Shown here: piece after piece, positions 29,592-37,763 of the stretch | How the letters are laid out: each line of letters starts with the position of its first letter | How positions within the stretch are numbered: position 1 is the first letter of the stretch | Assembly: GCA_937138475.1 (NCBI GenBank) | Contig: CAKZPD010000015.1 | Location: 6,256 to 70,255, forward strand | Source of the DNA: an uncultured Sulfitobacter sp. | GTDB lineage: Bacteria; Pseudomonadota; Alphaproteobacteria; Rhodobacterales; Rhodobacteraceae | Direction of reading: 5' to 3' | DNA: 64,000 bases | Notes under the pieces: model-generated | What the model saw: the letters and a program-made list of their open reading frames with translations, nothing else | The model's database searches: none | What the model was told of the DNA's origin: nothing | Translations under genes and position numbers: made by a program

Positions 29592-29879
29592 ATGAGACAG
29601 ATTGCCATCATATTGCTGTTGACGGCATCCCCCCTTGGGGCGGATGTGACAAGCCCCAGCGGTAAAACGGTTGATTGCTATTGCACCGACCGCCAAGGCG
29701 CGCGGATCGAACTTGGTGAAACCATTTGCCTTCAGGTTGATGGCCGCATGTTCATGGCGCAATGCCAGATGTCGCTGAATGTGCCCATGTGGCGCGAGGT
29801 GGCGCAGGGCTGCCTGTCATCGCAGCTGCACAGCCCGCAACAGCCGCCCCAGACGCCGGGCGCCGACGCTGCGATCTGA
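29592..29879 (+). CDS. Small secreted cysteine-containing hypothetical protein
   Basis: 95 aa with a signal-peptide-like N-terminus (MRQIAIILLLTASPLGA) and five Cys. No motif recognised. Confidence 0.5.
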   Translation: MRQIAIILLLTASPLGADVTSPSGKTVDCYCTDRQGARIELGETICLQVDGRMFMAQCQMSLNVPMWREVAQGCLSSQLHSPQQPPQTPGADAAI

Positions 29880-29903
29880 CTTGCCAAGCACCGGCCGCAC
29901 GCC

Positions 29904-30857
29904 CTAGCGATAATGAACGCCGGGCAGAACCGACAGCAGCTCAAACAGGATATTCGCCCCGGTCAGCGCCGTGTTGCCGCTGGTGTCATAGGGCGGCGAG
30001 ACCTCGACCAGATCGCACCCAACGATGTTAAGGCCCCGCAGCGCCCGGATCAACTGCAACGCCTGCGGGCTGGTCAACCCGCCGATTTCCGGCGTGCCGG
30101 TGCCGGGGGCAAAGGCCGGGTCAAGGCTGTCGATATCATAGGTGATATAGACCTTCTGTTTCGGGCCGATCTGCTGGGCGATATCCTGGCCCAACTGGCT
30201 GAAATCGCGGTTCCAGATCTGATGCGCGGGAAATTGCTGAAAGCCCCAGCCGGCGGCTTCGGTGAAATCTTCGGCGGAATATCCCGACCCGCGCAGCCCG
30301 ATCTGAAAGGTGCGATCGGGCAGAATCAACCCCTCTTCATAGGCACGGCGAAAGACGGTGCCATGGGTTTCGCGTTCTCCGAACATCTCATCGTTGACAT
30401 CTGCATGGGCATCCACATGGATCAGCGCCACCGGCCCGTGCCGCGCGTGAATGGCCCGCAGGATCGGCAGGGTGATCGAATGATCGCCGCCCATCGCCAT
30501 GGGGATCACCCCGTGGGACAGCACGTCGCGGTAATGGGCCTCAATGATCTTCAGGCTTTTGGCCAATGAAAACGTATTGATCGGCAGATCGCCAACATCC
30601 GCGACCTGCAAACTGTCAAAGGGCGCCGCCCCCGTCGCCAGATTATAGGGACGGATCATCGCCGATTCCGCCCGGATCGCCTTGGGGCCAAACCGCGTGC
30701 CCGACCGCCAAGAGGTGCCGATATCCATCGGAATCCCCAAAACCGCCACATCAAGGCCCGCCGCCGTTTCGGCCGATGGCAGGCGCATAAAGGTGTTCGG
30801 CCCGGAAAACCGCGCCAGATCATTGCCGCTGATCGGTTGGTTCTTCAGATCATCCAT
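29904..30857 (-). CDS. Ureohydrolase (agmatinase/guanidino-acid hydrolase family), paralog 2
   Basis: Arginase-fold metal motifs are intact: GGDHS, DAHADVND, DIDSLDPAFAPGTGTP. The ATG at 30857 overlaps the upstream paralog's stop by 8 nt. Confidence 0.85.
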   Translation of the reverse strand: MDDLKNQPISGNDLARFSGPNTFMRLPSAETAAGLDVAVLGIPMDIGTSWRSGTRFGPKAIRAESAMIRPYNLATGAAPFDSLQVADVGDLPINTFSLAKSLKIIEAHYRDVLSHGVIPMAMGGDHSITLPILRAIHARHGPVALIHVDAHADVNDEMFGERETHGTVFRRAYEEGLILPDRTFQIGLRGSGYSAEDFTEAAGWGFQQFPAHQIWNRDFSQLGQDIAQQIGPKQKVYITYDIDSLDPAFAPGTGTPEIGGLTSPQALQLIRALRGLNIVGCDLVEVSPPYDTSGNTALTGANILFELLSVLPGVHYR

Positions 30858-31815
30858 GCCGCAAATTCCACCCCAGCAAACACAGTATCTCTGTGGCGAC
30901 ATGGGCGCCCGCGATGGCGGTGGCGCCAGTGGTATCAAAAGGCGGGCTGACCTCGACCACATCGCCGCCCTTGATGTTGATCCCGGCCAGATCCCGCAGC
31001 ATGATCGCCGCCTGCGCCGACGTCAGCCCGCCCCAAACCGGGGTTCCCGTGCCCGGCGCAAAGGCCGGGTCAAGCGCGTCGATATCAAACGTCAGATAGG
31101 TCGGCGCATCGCCCAGAATATCCTTGATCTTGGCCACGGCGGCCTGCGGGCCTTTTTCGTGAACCTCGCGGGCATCAATCGTATGCACGCCCAATGTATC
31201 GGGGTTGGTCGTGCGGATCCCCACCTGCACCGACCGGGCCGGATCAACGATCCCCGATTTTACCGCCTTGTAGAACATGGTTCCGTGATCAATGCGGGTG
31301 AAATCATCATCGGGCCATGTGTCGGAATGGGCATCGAAATGCAAAAGGCTGAGCGGGCCGTATTTCTCGGCATAGGCCTTGAGTATGGGAAAGCTGATGT
31401 AATGATCCCCCCCCAACACAACCGAGGCCGCCCCGGCATCCAATATCCCGCGAATATGGGCGGTCAGCGTGTCTGGAAATTGCGCCACATGCCCATAATC
31501 AAAGGCCAGATCGCCATAATCGACGATGCTGCAATCGGTCATGACATCAAAGGGCCAGCCATAGGGCGGATCATAGGGTTGCAGGCTGGATGCCTCGCGG
31601 ATTGCCCGCGGCCCCAGACGGGTGCCGGGGCGGTTGGTCACCGCCTGATCAAACGGCACCCCGGTGACGGCGATATCGACGCCGCTCAGATCCTTGGTAT
31701 AGCGTCGGCGCAAAAAGGACGTGGCCCCGCCAAAGGCGTTCTCAAAGCTGTTTCCGCGTAAACTTTCACGGGTAAATGCCTGATCTACTTGGGTTTTGGC
31801 GTCCTCAAGGGCCAT
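30850..31815 (-). CDS. Ureohydrolase (agmatinase-like), paralog 1
   Basis: GGDHY, DAHSDTWPDD and DIDALDPAFAPGTGTP motifs. Its start shares one nt with the M20 stop (TAATG). Confidence 0.85.
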   Translation of the reverse strand: MALEDAKTQVDQAFTRESLRGNSFENAFGGATSFLRRRYTKDLSGVDIAVTGVPFDQAVTNRPGTRLGPRAIREASSLQPYDPPYGWPFDVMTDCSIVDYGDLAFDYGHVAQFPDTLTAHIRGILDAGAASVVLGGDHYISFPILKAYAEKYGPLSLLHFDAHSDTWPDDDFTRIDHGTMFYKAVKSGIVDPARSVQVGIRTTNPDTLGVHTIDAREVHEKGPQAAVAKIKDILGDAPTYLTFDIDALDPAFAPGTGTPVWGGLTSAQAAIMLRDLAGINIKGGDVVEVSPPFDTTGATAIAGAHVATEILCLLGWNLRHG

Positions 31816-32987
31816 TATCTCTCTCCTCTCAGGGGTTGGGCGGTTTCGACGATACGGGCAAAGAATGATGCCCCGACCGGCGCGATATCATCGTTGAAGT
31901 TATAGGCCTCGTGATGCAATCCCGCCGTATTGCCCTGCCCCAGGAACAGATAGGCGCCGGGCCGCTTTTCCAGCATATAGGCGAAATCCTCGGCGCCCAT
32001 TTCGCGGCCCTGATCGGGCACCACCTTGCCGGCCCCGGCCACATCCTGGGCCACCTGCACCGCAAAGGCGCATTTTTCCGCATCATTCACCGTGGGGGGA
32101 TAGCCGCGCTCATAGCGCAGCTGGGCCTCCAGATCGAATGAGGCGGCCTGACCGGCCACGATCTGCGCCATGCGCCGTTCGACCATATCGCGCACCGCCC
32201 CGTCAAAGGTGCGCACCGTGCCGTTGATATAGGCGGTTTCGGGGATCACATTATCGGCGCTGCCGGTGTGGATTTGCGTCACCGACACCACCAGATCATC
32301 CTGGGCATAGTTGTTGCGGCTGACGATGGTCTGGATCGCCTGGGCAATGGCACAGGCCGCCATCACCGGATCCTTGGTGTCATGCGGCATGGCGCCATGA
32401 CCGCCTATCCCTTTGATATCAATGTGAAACGTGTCCACAGCCGCCATGATTGGGCCTGGCTCGGTGTAAAATCCGCCGGCCTCGAACCCTGGCGCGTTAT
32501 GCAGCGCAAAGACCTGATCAATGGCGAAATGATCCAACAATCCCTCTTGGACCATACGCTCGGCGCCGCCGCCGGTTTCCTCGGCGGGTTGGAAAATCAA
32601 CGCCACACGCCCCGAAAAATTGCGCGTCTCGGCCAGATATTTCGCCGCGCCCAGCAACATGGCGGTATGGCCATCATGGCCGCAGGCGTGCATTTTGCCG
32701 GGGTGCTGGCTGGCATAGTCAAGCCCCGTCGCCTCATGGATGGGCAGCGCATCCATATCGGCCCGCAACCCAACCGTGCCCCCCGGCCCCTGCCCGTTGA
32801 TGATCGCGACAATCCCGGTTTCGGCCCACCCCTCGTGCAGCTCGTCCACACCAAATTCGCGCAGGCGCTCGGCGATGAAATGGGCGGTTTTGTGGCAGGC
32901 CGTGCCCAGTTCGGGAATGGTATGCAGATGGCGCCGCCACCCGGTCATGTCATCTGCAAAGGCGGCGATACGGTTGACGACGGGCAT
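31815..32987 (-). CDS. M20-family amidohydrolase (hippurate hydrolase / N-acyl-amino-acid deacylase type)
   Basis: 390 aa with the HACGHDGH metal-binding motif. An AAGGAG RBS precedes the start. Confidence 0.85.
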   Translation of the reverse strand: MPVVNRIAAFADDMTGWRRHLHTIPELGTACHKTAHFIAERLREFGVDELHEGWAETGIVAIINGQGPGGTVGLRADMDALPIHEATGLDYASQHPGKMHACGHDGHTAMLLGAAKYLAETRNFSGRVALIFQPAEETGGGAERMVQEGLLDHFAIDQVFALHNAPGFEAGGFYTEPGPIMAAVDTFHIDIKGIGGHGAMPHDTKDPVMAACAIAQAIQTIVSRNNYAQDDLVVSVTQIHTGSADNVIPETAYINGTVRTFDGAVRDMVERRMAQIVAGQAASFDLEAQLRYERGYPPTVNDAEKCAFAVQVAQDVAGAGKVVPDQGREMGAEDFAYMLEKRPGAYLFLGQGNTAGLHHEAYNFNDDIAPVGASFFARIVETAQPLRGER

Positions 32988-33050
32988 TGCGAAGGGCTCC
33001 TTGCCGGAATACTAATTTGCGCATCTGACACATCAAACAAGGATGCTGCA

Positions 33051-33860
33051 ATGCCCGATGATCTGATCCATAACCAAAACGCGGGGATCGACCGGCTTTT
33101 GCAGATCATGAAGCGCCTGCGCGACCCACAGACCGGATGCCCTTGGGATATCGCCCAGGATTTCGACACCATCGCCCCCTATACGATCGAAGAGGCCTAT
33201 GAGGTTGCCGATGCCGCCACCCGCCGCGATTGGGCCGATCTTGAGGGCGAATTGGGCGATCTGCTGCTTCAGACGGTCTATTTCACCCAGATGGCCGCCG
33301 AGGCAGGGCATTTCACCTTTCAATCGGTGGTGCAAAACATCAGCGACAAGATGGTGGCGCGCCATCCACATGTGTTCGGCAACGAAAGCCGCGACAAGAC
33401 CGCCGATCAGCAAACCCGCGACTGGGAAACCATAAAGGCCCGCGAACGGGCGCAAAAGCAACAAGGCGGGGCGCTGGATGGGGTGGCGCTGGCCTTGCCG
33501 GCCTTGCTGCGCGCGCTCAAGCTGCAAAAGCGGGCGGCGCGTGTGGGGTTTGACTGGCCCGATGTGGCGCAGGTTCTGGACAAGATCACCGAGGAAACCC
33601 AAGAACTGACCGAGGCCCGCGATACCCTTGGCCCCAAAGAGATCGAAGAAGAATACGGCGATCTGCTGTTTGTCATGGCCAATCTGGGCCGGCACCTTGG
33701 GTTGGACCCAGAGGCGGCGCTGCGGTCGGCCAATGCCAAGTTCACCCGCCGCTTTCAAGCGGTAGAGCGCCTGTTGGCCGAAATGGGAAAGTCGCCCAAA
33801 GACAGCACATTAGAAGAAATGGATCGTCTGTGGGATCAGGTAAAGGCGCAAAAGGTTTAA
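33051..33860 (+). CDS. mazG: Nucleoside triphosphate pyrophosphohydrolase MazG
   Basis: 269 aa with CPWDIAQDF and EEAYEVADA, and a tandem MazG-domain layout. The upstream 260 codons of the track ORF are antisense to the M20 gene and were discarded. Confidence 0.9.
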   Translation: MPDDLIHNQNAGIDRLLQIMKRLRDPQTGCPWDIAQDFDTIAPYTIEEAYEVADAATRRDWADLEGELGDLLLQTVYFTQMAAEAGHFTFQSVVQNISDKMVARHPHVFGNESRDKTADQQTRDWETIKARERAQKQQGGALDGVALALPALLRALKLQKRAARVGFDWPDVAQVLDKITEETQELTEARDTLGPKEIEEEYGDLLFVMANLGRHLGLDPEAALRSANAKFTRRFQAVERLLAEMGKSPKDSTLEEMDRLWDQVKAQKV

Positions 33861-33924
33861 CGCTGGACAACCCGCCGCCCGCTTGTCAGGGTGGGCGCCT
33901 GGACCGGCATTGGAAAGGGGCACC

Positions 33925-34866
33925 ATGACTGCGCGCAAGATCATTATTGATACCGATCCGGGCCAGGATGACGCGGTGGCAATTCTGCTGGCGCTGGCCA
34001 GCCCGTCCGAGATCGACCTTTTGGGCATCACCTGTGTTGCCGGCAACGTGCCGCTGGATTTGACCACGCGCAATGCGCGGATCATCTGCGAATTGGCCGG
34101 CCGCCCTGATATGCCGGTGTTCGCTGGCTGCGACCGACCGCTGCGGCGGGCTTTGGTCACGGCCGAACATGTGCATGGCAAGACCGGGCTTGATGGGCCG
34201 ACCCTGCCAGAGCCGACCATGCCGCTGCAATCTGCCCATGCGGTCGATTTCATCATCGACACCCTGCGCCAACACCCGGCAAACAGCGTGACGCTTTGCC
34301 CGCTTGGGCCGCTGACCAATATCGCCACCGCGCTGCAAAAGGCCCCCGATATTGCCGGGCGCATTGAACAGATCGTGCTGATGGGCGGCGCGTATTTCGA
34401 GGTTGGGAACATCACCCCCACCGCTGAATTCAACATCTATGTCGATCCAGAAGCCGCTGATATTGTGTTTAAATCCGGCGTAAAGATCACGGTTTTGCCT
34501 TTGGATGTCACCCATAAGGCGCTGGTGACAGCGGCGCGCAACGATGCCTTTCGCGCCCTCAATACCCCGGTGGGGATTGCCGTCGCCCAGATGACCGATT
34601 TCTTTGAACGTTTCGACAAAGAGAAATACGGATCAGACGGGGCGCCGCTGCATGATCCTTGTGTCATTGCCTATCTTCTGGCGCCCCAACTGTTCGCCGG
34701 GCGCCATATCAATATCGAGATCGAAACCACATCGCCCCTGACCCTTGGCATGACCGTTGCCGATTGGTGGCGCGTTACCGACCGCGCGCCCAATGCGCTG
34801 TTTCTCAGGGATGTTGACGCGGACGGGCTTTTTGATCTGCTGACCCACCGGATCGCCCGGATATGA
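33925..34866 (+). CDS. Inosine/uridine-preferring nucleoside hydrolase family protein
   Basis: N-terminal IIIDTDPGQDDAVAIL (DxDxxxDD Ca-binding motif). A GAAAGGGG RBS precedes the ATG at 33925. Confidence 0.9.
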   Translation: MTARKIIIDTDPGQDDAVAILLALASPSEIDLLGITCVAGNVPLDLTTRNARIICELAGRPDMPVFAGCDRPLRRALVTAEHVHGKTGLDGPTLPEPTMPLQSAHAVDFIIDTLRQHPANSVTLCPLGPLTNIATALQKAPDIAGRIEQIVLMGGAYFEVGNITPTAEFNIYVDPEAADIVFKSGVKITVLPLDVTHKALVTAARNDAFRALNTPVGIAVAQMTDFFERFDKEKYGSDGAPLHDPCVIAYLLAPQLFAGRHINIEIETTSPLTLGMTVADWWRVTDRAPNALFLRDVDADGLFDLLTHRIARI

Positions 34867-35315
34867 GCGCGGCCCTCACCCTTGCCGGCCCCGCCAACCT
34901 TGAAAAGCTGGATGGGCTGGTGGCGGCCTTTCACCGCGAAGCCGGTCTGGCCATCAGCGACAGCGCCCGTCAGGCGGCGCTTGTCCCCCTGCTTGAGGGG
35001 ATCCCCCATGGCGTTGCCTATCTGATCGGGCCGGCGCGGGCGCCCATCGGCTATATCATCGTGACCTTTGGCTGGTCGGTGGAATTTGGCGGGCTGGATG
35101 GGTTCATCGACGAAATCTATATCCGCCCGGCGGTGCGCAATCGTGGTCTGGCCACCGATACGTTACAGGCGCTGCCGGTGGCCCTGGCCGGCGCGGGCTT
35201 GCGGGCCCTGCACCTTGAGGTGGCGCGCGATGCCCTGGCCGCGCAGGGGCTTTATCGGCGCTGTGGCTTTGTGGATCGCGATGATGTGTTGACCATGACC
35301 CGGATCTTGGCGTGA
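34863..35315 (+). CDS. GNAT family N-acetyltransferase
   Basis: 150 aa with motif A (IRPAVRNRGLATD). The start overlaps the upstream stop (ATGA). Confidence 0.8.
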   Translation: MSAALTLAGPANLEKLDGLVAAFHREAGLAISDSARQAALVPLLEGIPHGVAYLIGPARAPIGYIIVTFGWSVEFGGLDGFIDEIYIRPAVRNRGLATDTLQALPVALAGAGLRALHLEVARDALAAQGLYRRCGFVDRDDVLTMTRILA

Positions 35316-35388
35316 CGGCAATGCCCCCTGTCAACTTTCCCATAAAGGGCGCTGGCCCTTTGCGGGGCTTGGACCTATCTTGTCACCG

Positions 35389-36807
35389 ATGACCTTGCAA
35401 ATCCCCTTTGACAACAGCTTTGCCGCCTTGGGCGATGGCTTTTTCACGCGGGTTCATCCGACCCCCCTGCCCGATCCTGAATTGTTGATCTATAACAAAT
35501 CATTGGCTGATGATCTTAATATATCCGGGGATCAGGGCGCAGTGGATATTTTTGCCGGAAATCAAATTCCGCAGGGGGCCGACCCCTTGGCCCAGCTTTA
35601 TGCCGGTCATCAGTTTGGCACCTATAATCCGCGTCTGGGCGACGGGCGGGCGATCTTGCTGGGCGAGGTCACAGACAAATCCGGGATACGCCGCGATATT
35701 CAGCTCAAGGGGGCGGGCCAGACCCCCTATTCGCGGGCCGGCGATGGCCGGGCGTGGCTGGGGCCGGTGTTGCGCGAATATGTCGTGTCCGAAGCCATGC
35801 ACGCCTTGGGCATTCCCACCACCCGCGCCCTGGCCGCCGTGCGCAGCCCGCAGGTGATCTTTCGCGAAGGGCCGCTGCCCGCTGCGGTGCTGACCCGCGT
35901 GGCCGCCAGCCATCTGCGCGTCGGCAGTTTCAGCGTATTTGCCTATCAGGGCGACCGCGCGGCGCTTCGCCAGCTGACCGATTACGCCATCGCGCGCCAT
36001 TATCCAGGCGCCCAGGGGCCGCTGGGGCTTTTGCAAGCGGTTTGTGACGCCCAGGCGCGCCTGATCGCTGCCTGGATGGCGGTTGGGTTTATTCACGGGG
36101 TGATGAACACCGACAACTGCGCCATCTCGGGCGAGACGATTGATTATGGCCCCTGCGCCTTTATGGATGCCTATCACCCGGCGACGGCATTCAGCGCGAT
36201 TGATCGGATGGGGCGCTATGCCTATGGCAATCAGCCCAGCATTGCGGTTTGGAATATGGCGCAATTTGCCACTGCGCTGATCCAGCAATGCGATGACCGC
36301 CAGGCCGCCGCAGATGCGGCAACCCAGATCGTTCACGCCATGCCTGATCAGATCAAGGCCGCGACGCTGGATCGTTTCGCCGCCAAGCTTGGCCTTGAGG
36401 CGCCGCAGCCCGGCGATCAGGCGCTGGTCGATGATCTGTTGACCTTGATGCAGACGCAGCGGGCCGATTTCACCACTGTCTTTGATGCCCTGACCCATGG
36501 CGATGTCACCCAGGCCTTTTCCGACCCGGCGCCGGTTGCGGCGTGGCACGCCCGCTGGCAGGCGCGGCTGCGCCAGGGCGCGGATGGCGGCGCCGGGGCC
36601 AAGGCGCTGATGCAGCGCAGCAACCCGCGGGTGATTCCCCGCAACCACCAGATTGAGACGATGATCGCCGCCGCCCTTCAGGGCGATTACGCGCCGCTGC
36701 ATCGGTTGATGGCGGCGCTTGGGTCGCCCTTTGCCTGCACCGACCCGGCGCTGCGCCAGCCCCCCACCCCCGCCGAGGAGGTGCAAGCGACTTTTTGCGG
36801 CACCTGA
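35389..36807 (+). CDS. selO: Protein adenylyltransferase SelO (YdiU/UPF0061)
   Basis: AGHQFGTYNPRLGDGRAILLGEV and HGVMNTDN motifs. I chose the ATG at 35389; the track start at 35380 is a TTG. Confidence 0.9.
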   Translation: MTLQIPFDNSFAALGDGFFTRVHPTPLPDPELLIYNKSLADDLNISGDQGAVDIFAGNQIPQGADPLAQLYAGHQFGTYNPRLGDGRAILLGEVTDKSGIRRDIQLKGAGQTPYSRAGDGRAWLGPVLREYVVSEAMHALGIPTTRALAAVRSPQVIFREGPLPAAVLTRVAASHLRVGSFSVFAYQGDRAALRQLTDYAIARHYPGAQGPLGLLQAVCDAQARLIAAWMAVGFIHGVMNTDNCAISGETIDYGPCAFMDAYHPATAFSAIDRMGRYAYGNQPSIAVWNMAQFATALIQQCDDRQAAADAATQIVHAMPDQIKAATLDRFAAKLGLEAPQPGDQALVDDLLTLMQTQRADFTTVFDALTHGDVTQAFSDPAPVAAWHARWQARLRQGADGGAGAKALMQRSNPRVIPRNHQIETMIAAALQGDYAPLHRLMAALGSPFACTDPALRQPPTPAEEVQATFCGT

Positions 36808-36821
36808 CCGCGCCCCGGCAT

Positions 36822-36993
36822 ATGGATGATTTATGATGCGGTGCGGGCACATCCATCATCCATTGGCCGGTGATAAATCATCCATTGATGGGTGATTTTC
36901 TATCCATCCGGGTTTTTCCCGGCCGCGGGGTTGATCCATGTTTCAACCAACAGCCGGACGGTATAGGTTCACGTCAAATGCGGCCCAATGGAT
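36822..36993. promoter_or_regulatory. Array of seven ATCCAT/ATGGAT hexamers, including a perfect 13-bp inverted repeat, upstream of ssb
   Basis: Hexamers lie at 36822, 36851, 36858, 36880, 36902, 36934 and 36988. The inverted repeat is ATGGATGATTTAT (36822-36834) / ATAAATCATCCAT (36873-36885). Confidence 0.6.
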
Positions 36994-37054
36994 TCGGATC
37001 ACGCCAGATCTGTCCGGGCAAGCACAACAGCAAATGCGAAAGGGGCGCTTAGTT

Positions 37055-37558
37055 ATGGCCGGATCTGTGAACAAGGTTATTCTTATCGGAAATTTGGGGC
37101 GCGACCCCGAGGTGCGCAATTTCCAGAACGGCGGCAAGGTCTGCAACCTGCGTATCGCCACATCCGAGACCTGGAAAGACAAAAACACCGGAGAGCGCCG
37201 CGAACGCACCGAATGGCATTCCGTGGCGATCTTCCAAGAGGGTCTGGTGCGGATTGCCGAACAATATTTGCGCAAAGGGTCCAAGGTTTACGTCGAAGGC
37301 AAGCTGCAAACCCGCAAGTGGCAGGATCAATCGGGCAATGACCGCTATTCCACCGAGGTTGTCTTGCAAGGCTATGACGGCGTGTTGACCATGCTGGATG
37401 GCCGCGATGGCGGCGCCGGCGGCGGCGGCGGTGGCCAGATCGGTGGCGGCTATGACAGCGGCCCGTCGGGTGGCGGATATGGTGGGGGCTATGACAGTGG
37501 ACCTGCCAGTTCTGGCGGCGCCTCATCGCGCGATCTGGACGATGAGATCCCGTTTTAA
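37055..37558 (+). CDS. ssb: Single-stranded DNA-binding protein
   Basis: OB-fold N-terminus ([15 protein letters not shown]), a Gly-rich linker and the acidic tail DDEIPF. Confidence 0.95.
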   Translation: MAGSVNKVILIGNLGRDPEVRNFQNGGKVCNLRIATSETWKDKNTGERRERTEWHSVAIFQEGLVRIAEQYLRKGSKVYVEGKLQTRKWQDQSGNDRYSTEVVLQGYDGVLTMLDGRDGGAGGGGGGQIGGGYDSGPSGGGYGGGYDSGPASSGGASSRDLDDEIPF

Positions 37559-37574
37559 GCGCCAAATAAAACAT

Positions 37575-37608
37575 GACGCAAAAGGGCGCCCTTTGGGCGT
37601 CCTTTTTC
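37575..37608 (+). terminator. Rho-independent terminator of ssb
   Basis: GACGC-AAAGGGCGCCCTTT-GGCGTC hairpin followed by CTTTTTC. Confidence 0.75.
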
Positions 37609-37644
37609 ATTTGGATCAGCCGCAGCGCGGCTGAGGGGGCGTTT

Positions 37645-37727
37645 TGCGCGCGGGTGCCCATTTGGCGCCGCGTTCTGTGCGGCGCGGGCAGGAGCCTCCG
37701 GCGGGGATATTTAGGAACAAAAGAAGG
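37645..37727 (+). repeat. Intergenic 'host' repeat, unoccupied copy (core GCGGCGCGGGCAGGAGCCTCCGGCGGGGATATTTAGGAACAAAAGAAGG)
   Basis: It matches the sequences flanking both hairpin elements (rc of 43589-43603 plus 43705-43790, and 49626-49650 plus 49753-49767) but lacks the 101-bp insert. Confidence 0.8.
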
Positions 37728-37763
37728 CCGTGGTTTTCGCCCGTGGATTTTGCCCGTGGTTTT
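37727..37763 (+). repeat. Three tandem 12-13 bp units GCC(C)GTGG(A)TTTT abutting/overlapping the aroB stop codon
   Basis: The sequence reads gccgtggttttc gcccgtggatttt gcccgtggtttta directly. Confidence 0.7.

Noticed and set aside
32268-33050. N-terminal extensions of track ORFs. Examples: the first 260 codons of 32268-33860, the first 123 codons of the glnE ORF, and the 5' parts of the ORFs for lrp, ndk, aroK, the PIN gene, the ureohydrolase and DMGDH paralog 1.
   Set aside because: The extensions overlap neighbouring genes on the opposite strand or lack family sequence. Internal ATG or GTG codons with RBS-like purine runs give the canonical protein N-termini.
36822-36993. The idea that the ATCCAT cluster marks the chromosomal replication origin (DnaA-box cluster).
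   Set aside because: No hexamer context matches the TTATCCACA consensus better than 7 of 9. All carry T at the critical position 8. There is no adjacent AT-rich unwinding element, and the neighbours (selO, ssb) are not the usual alphaproteobacterial origin context (hemE, dnaA, parAB). It is kept only as an unexplained motif array.
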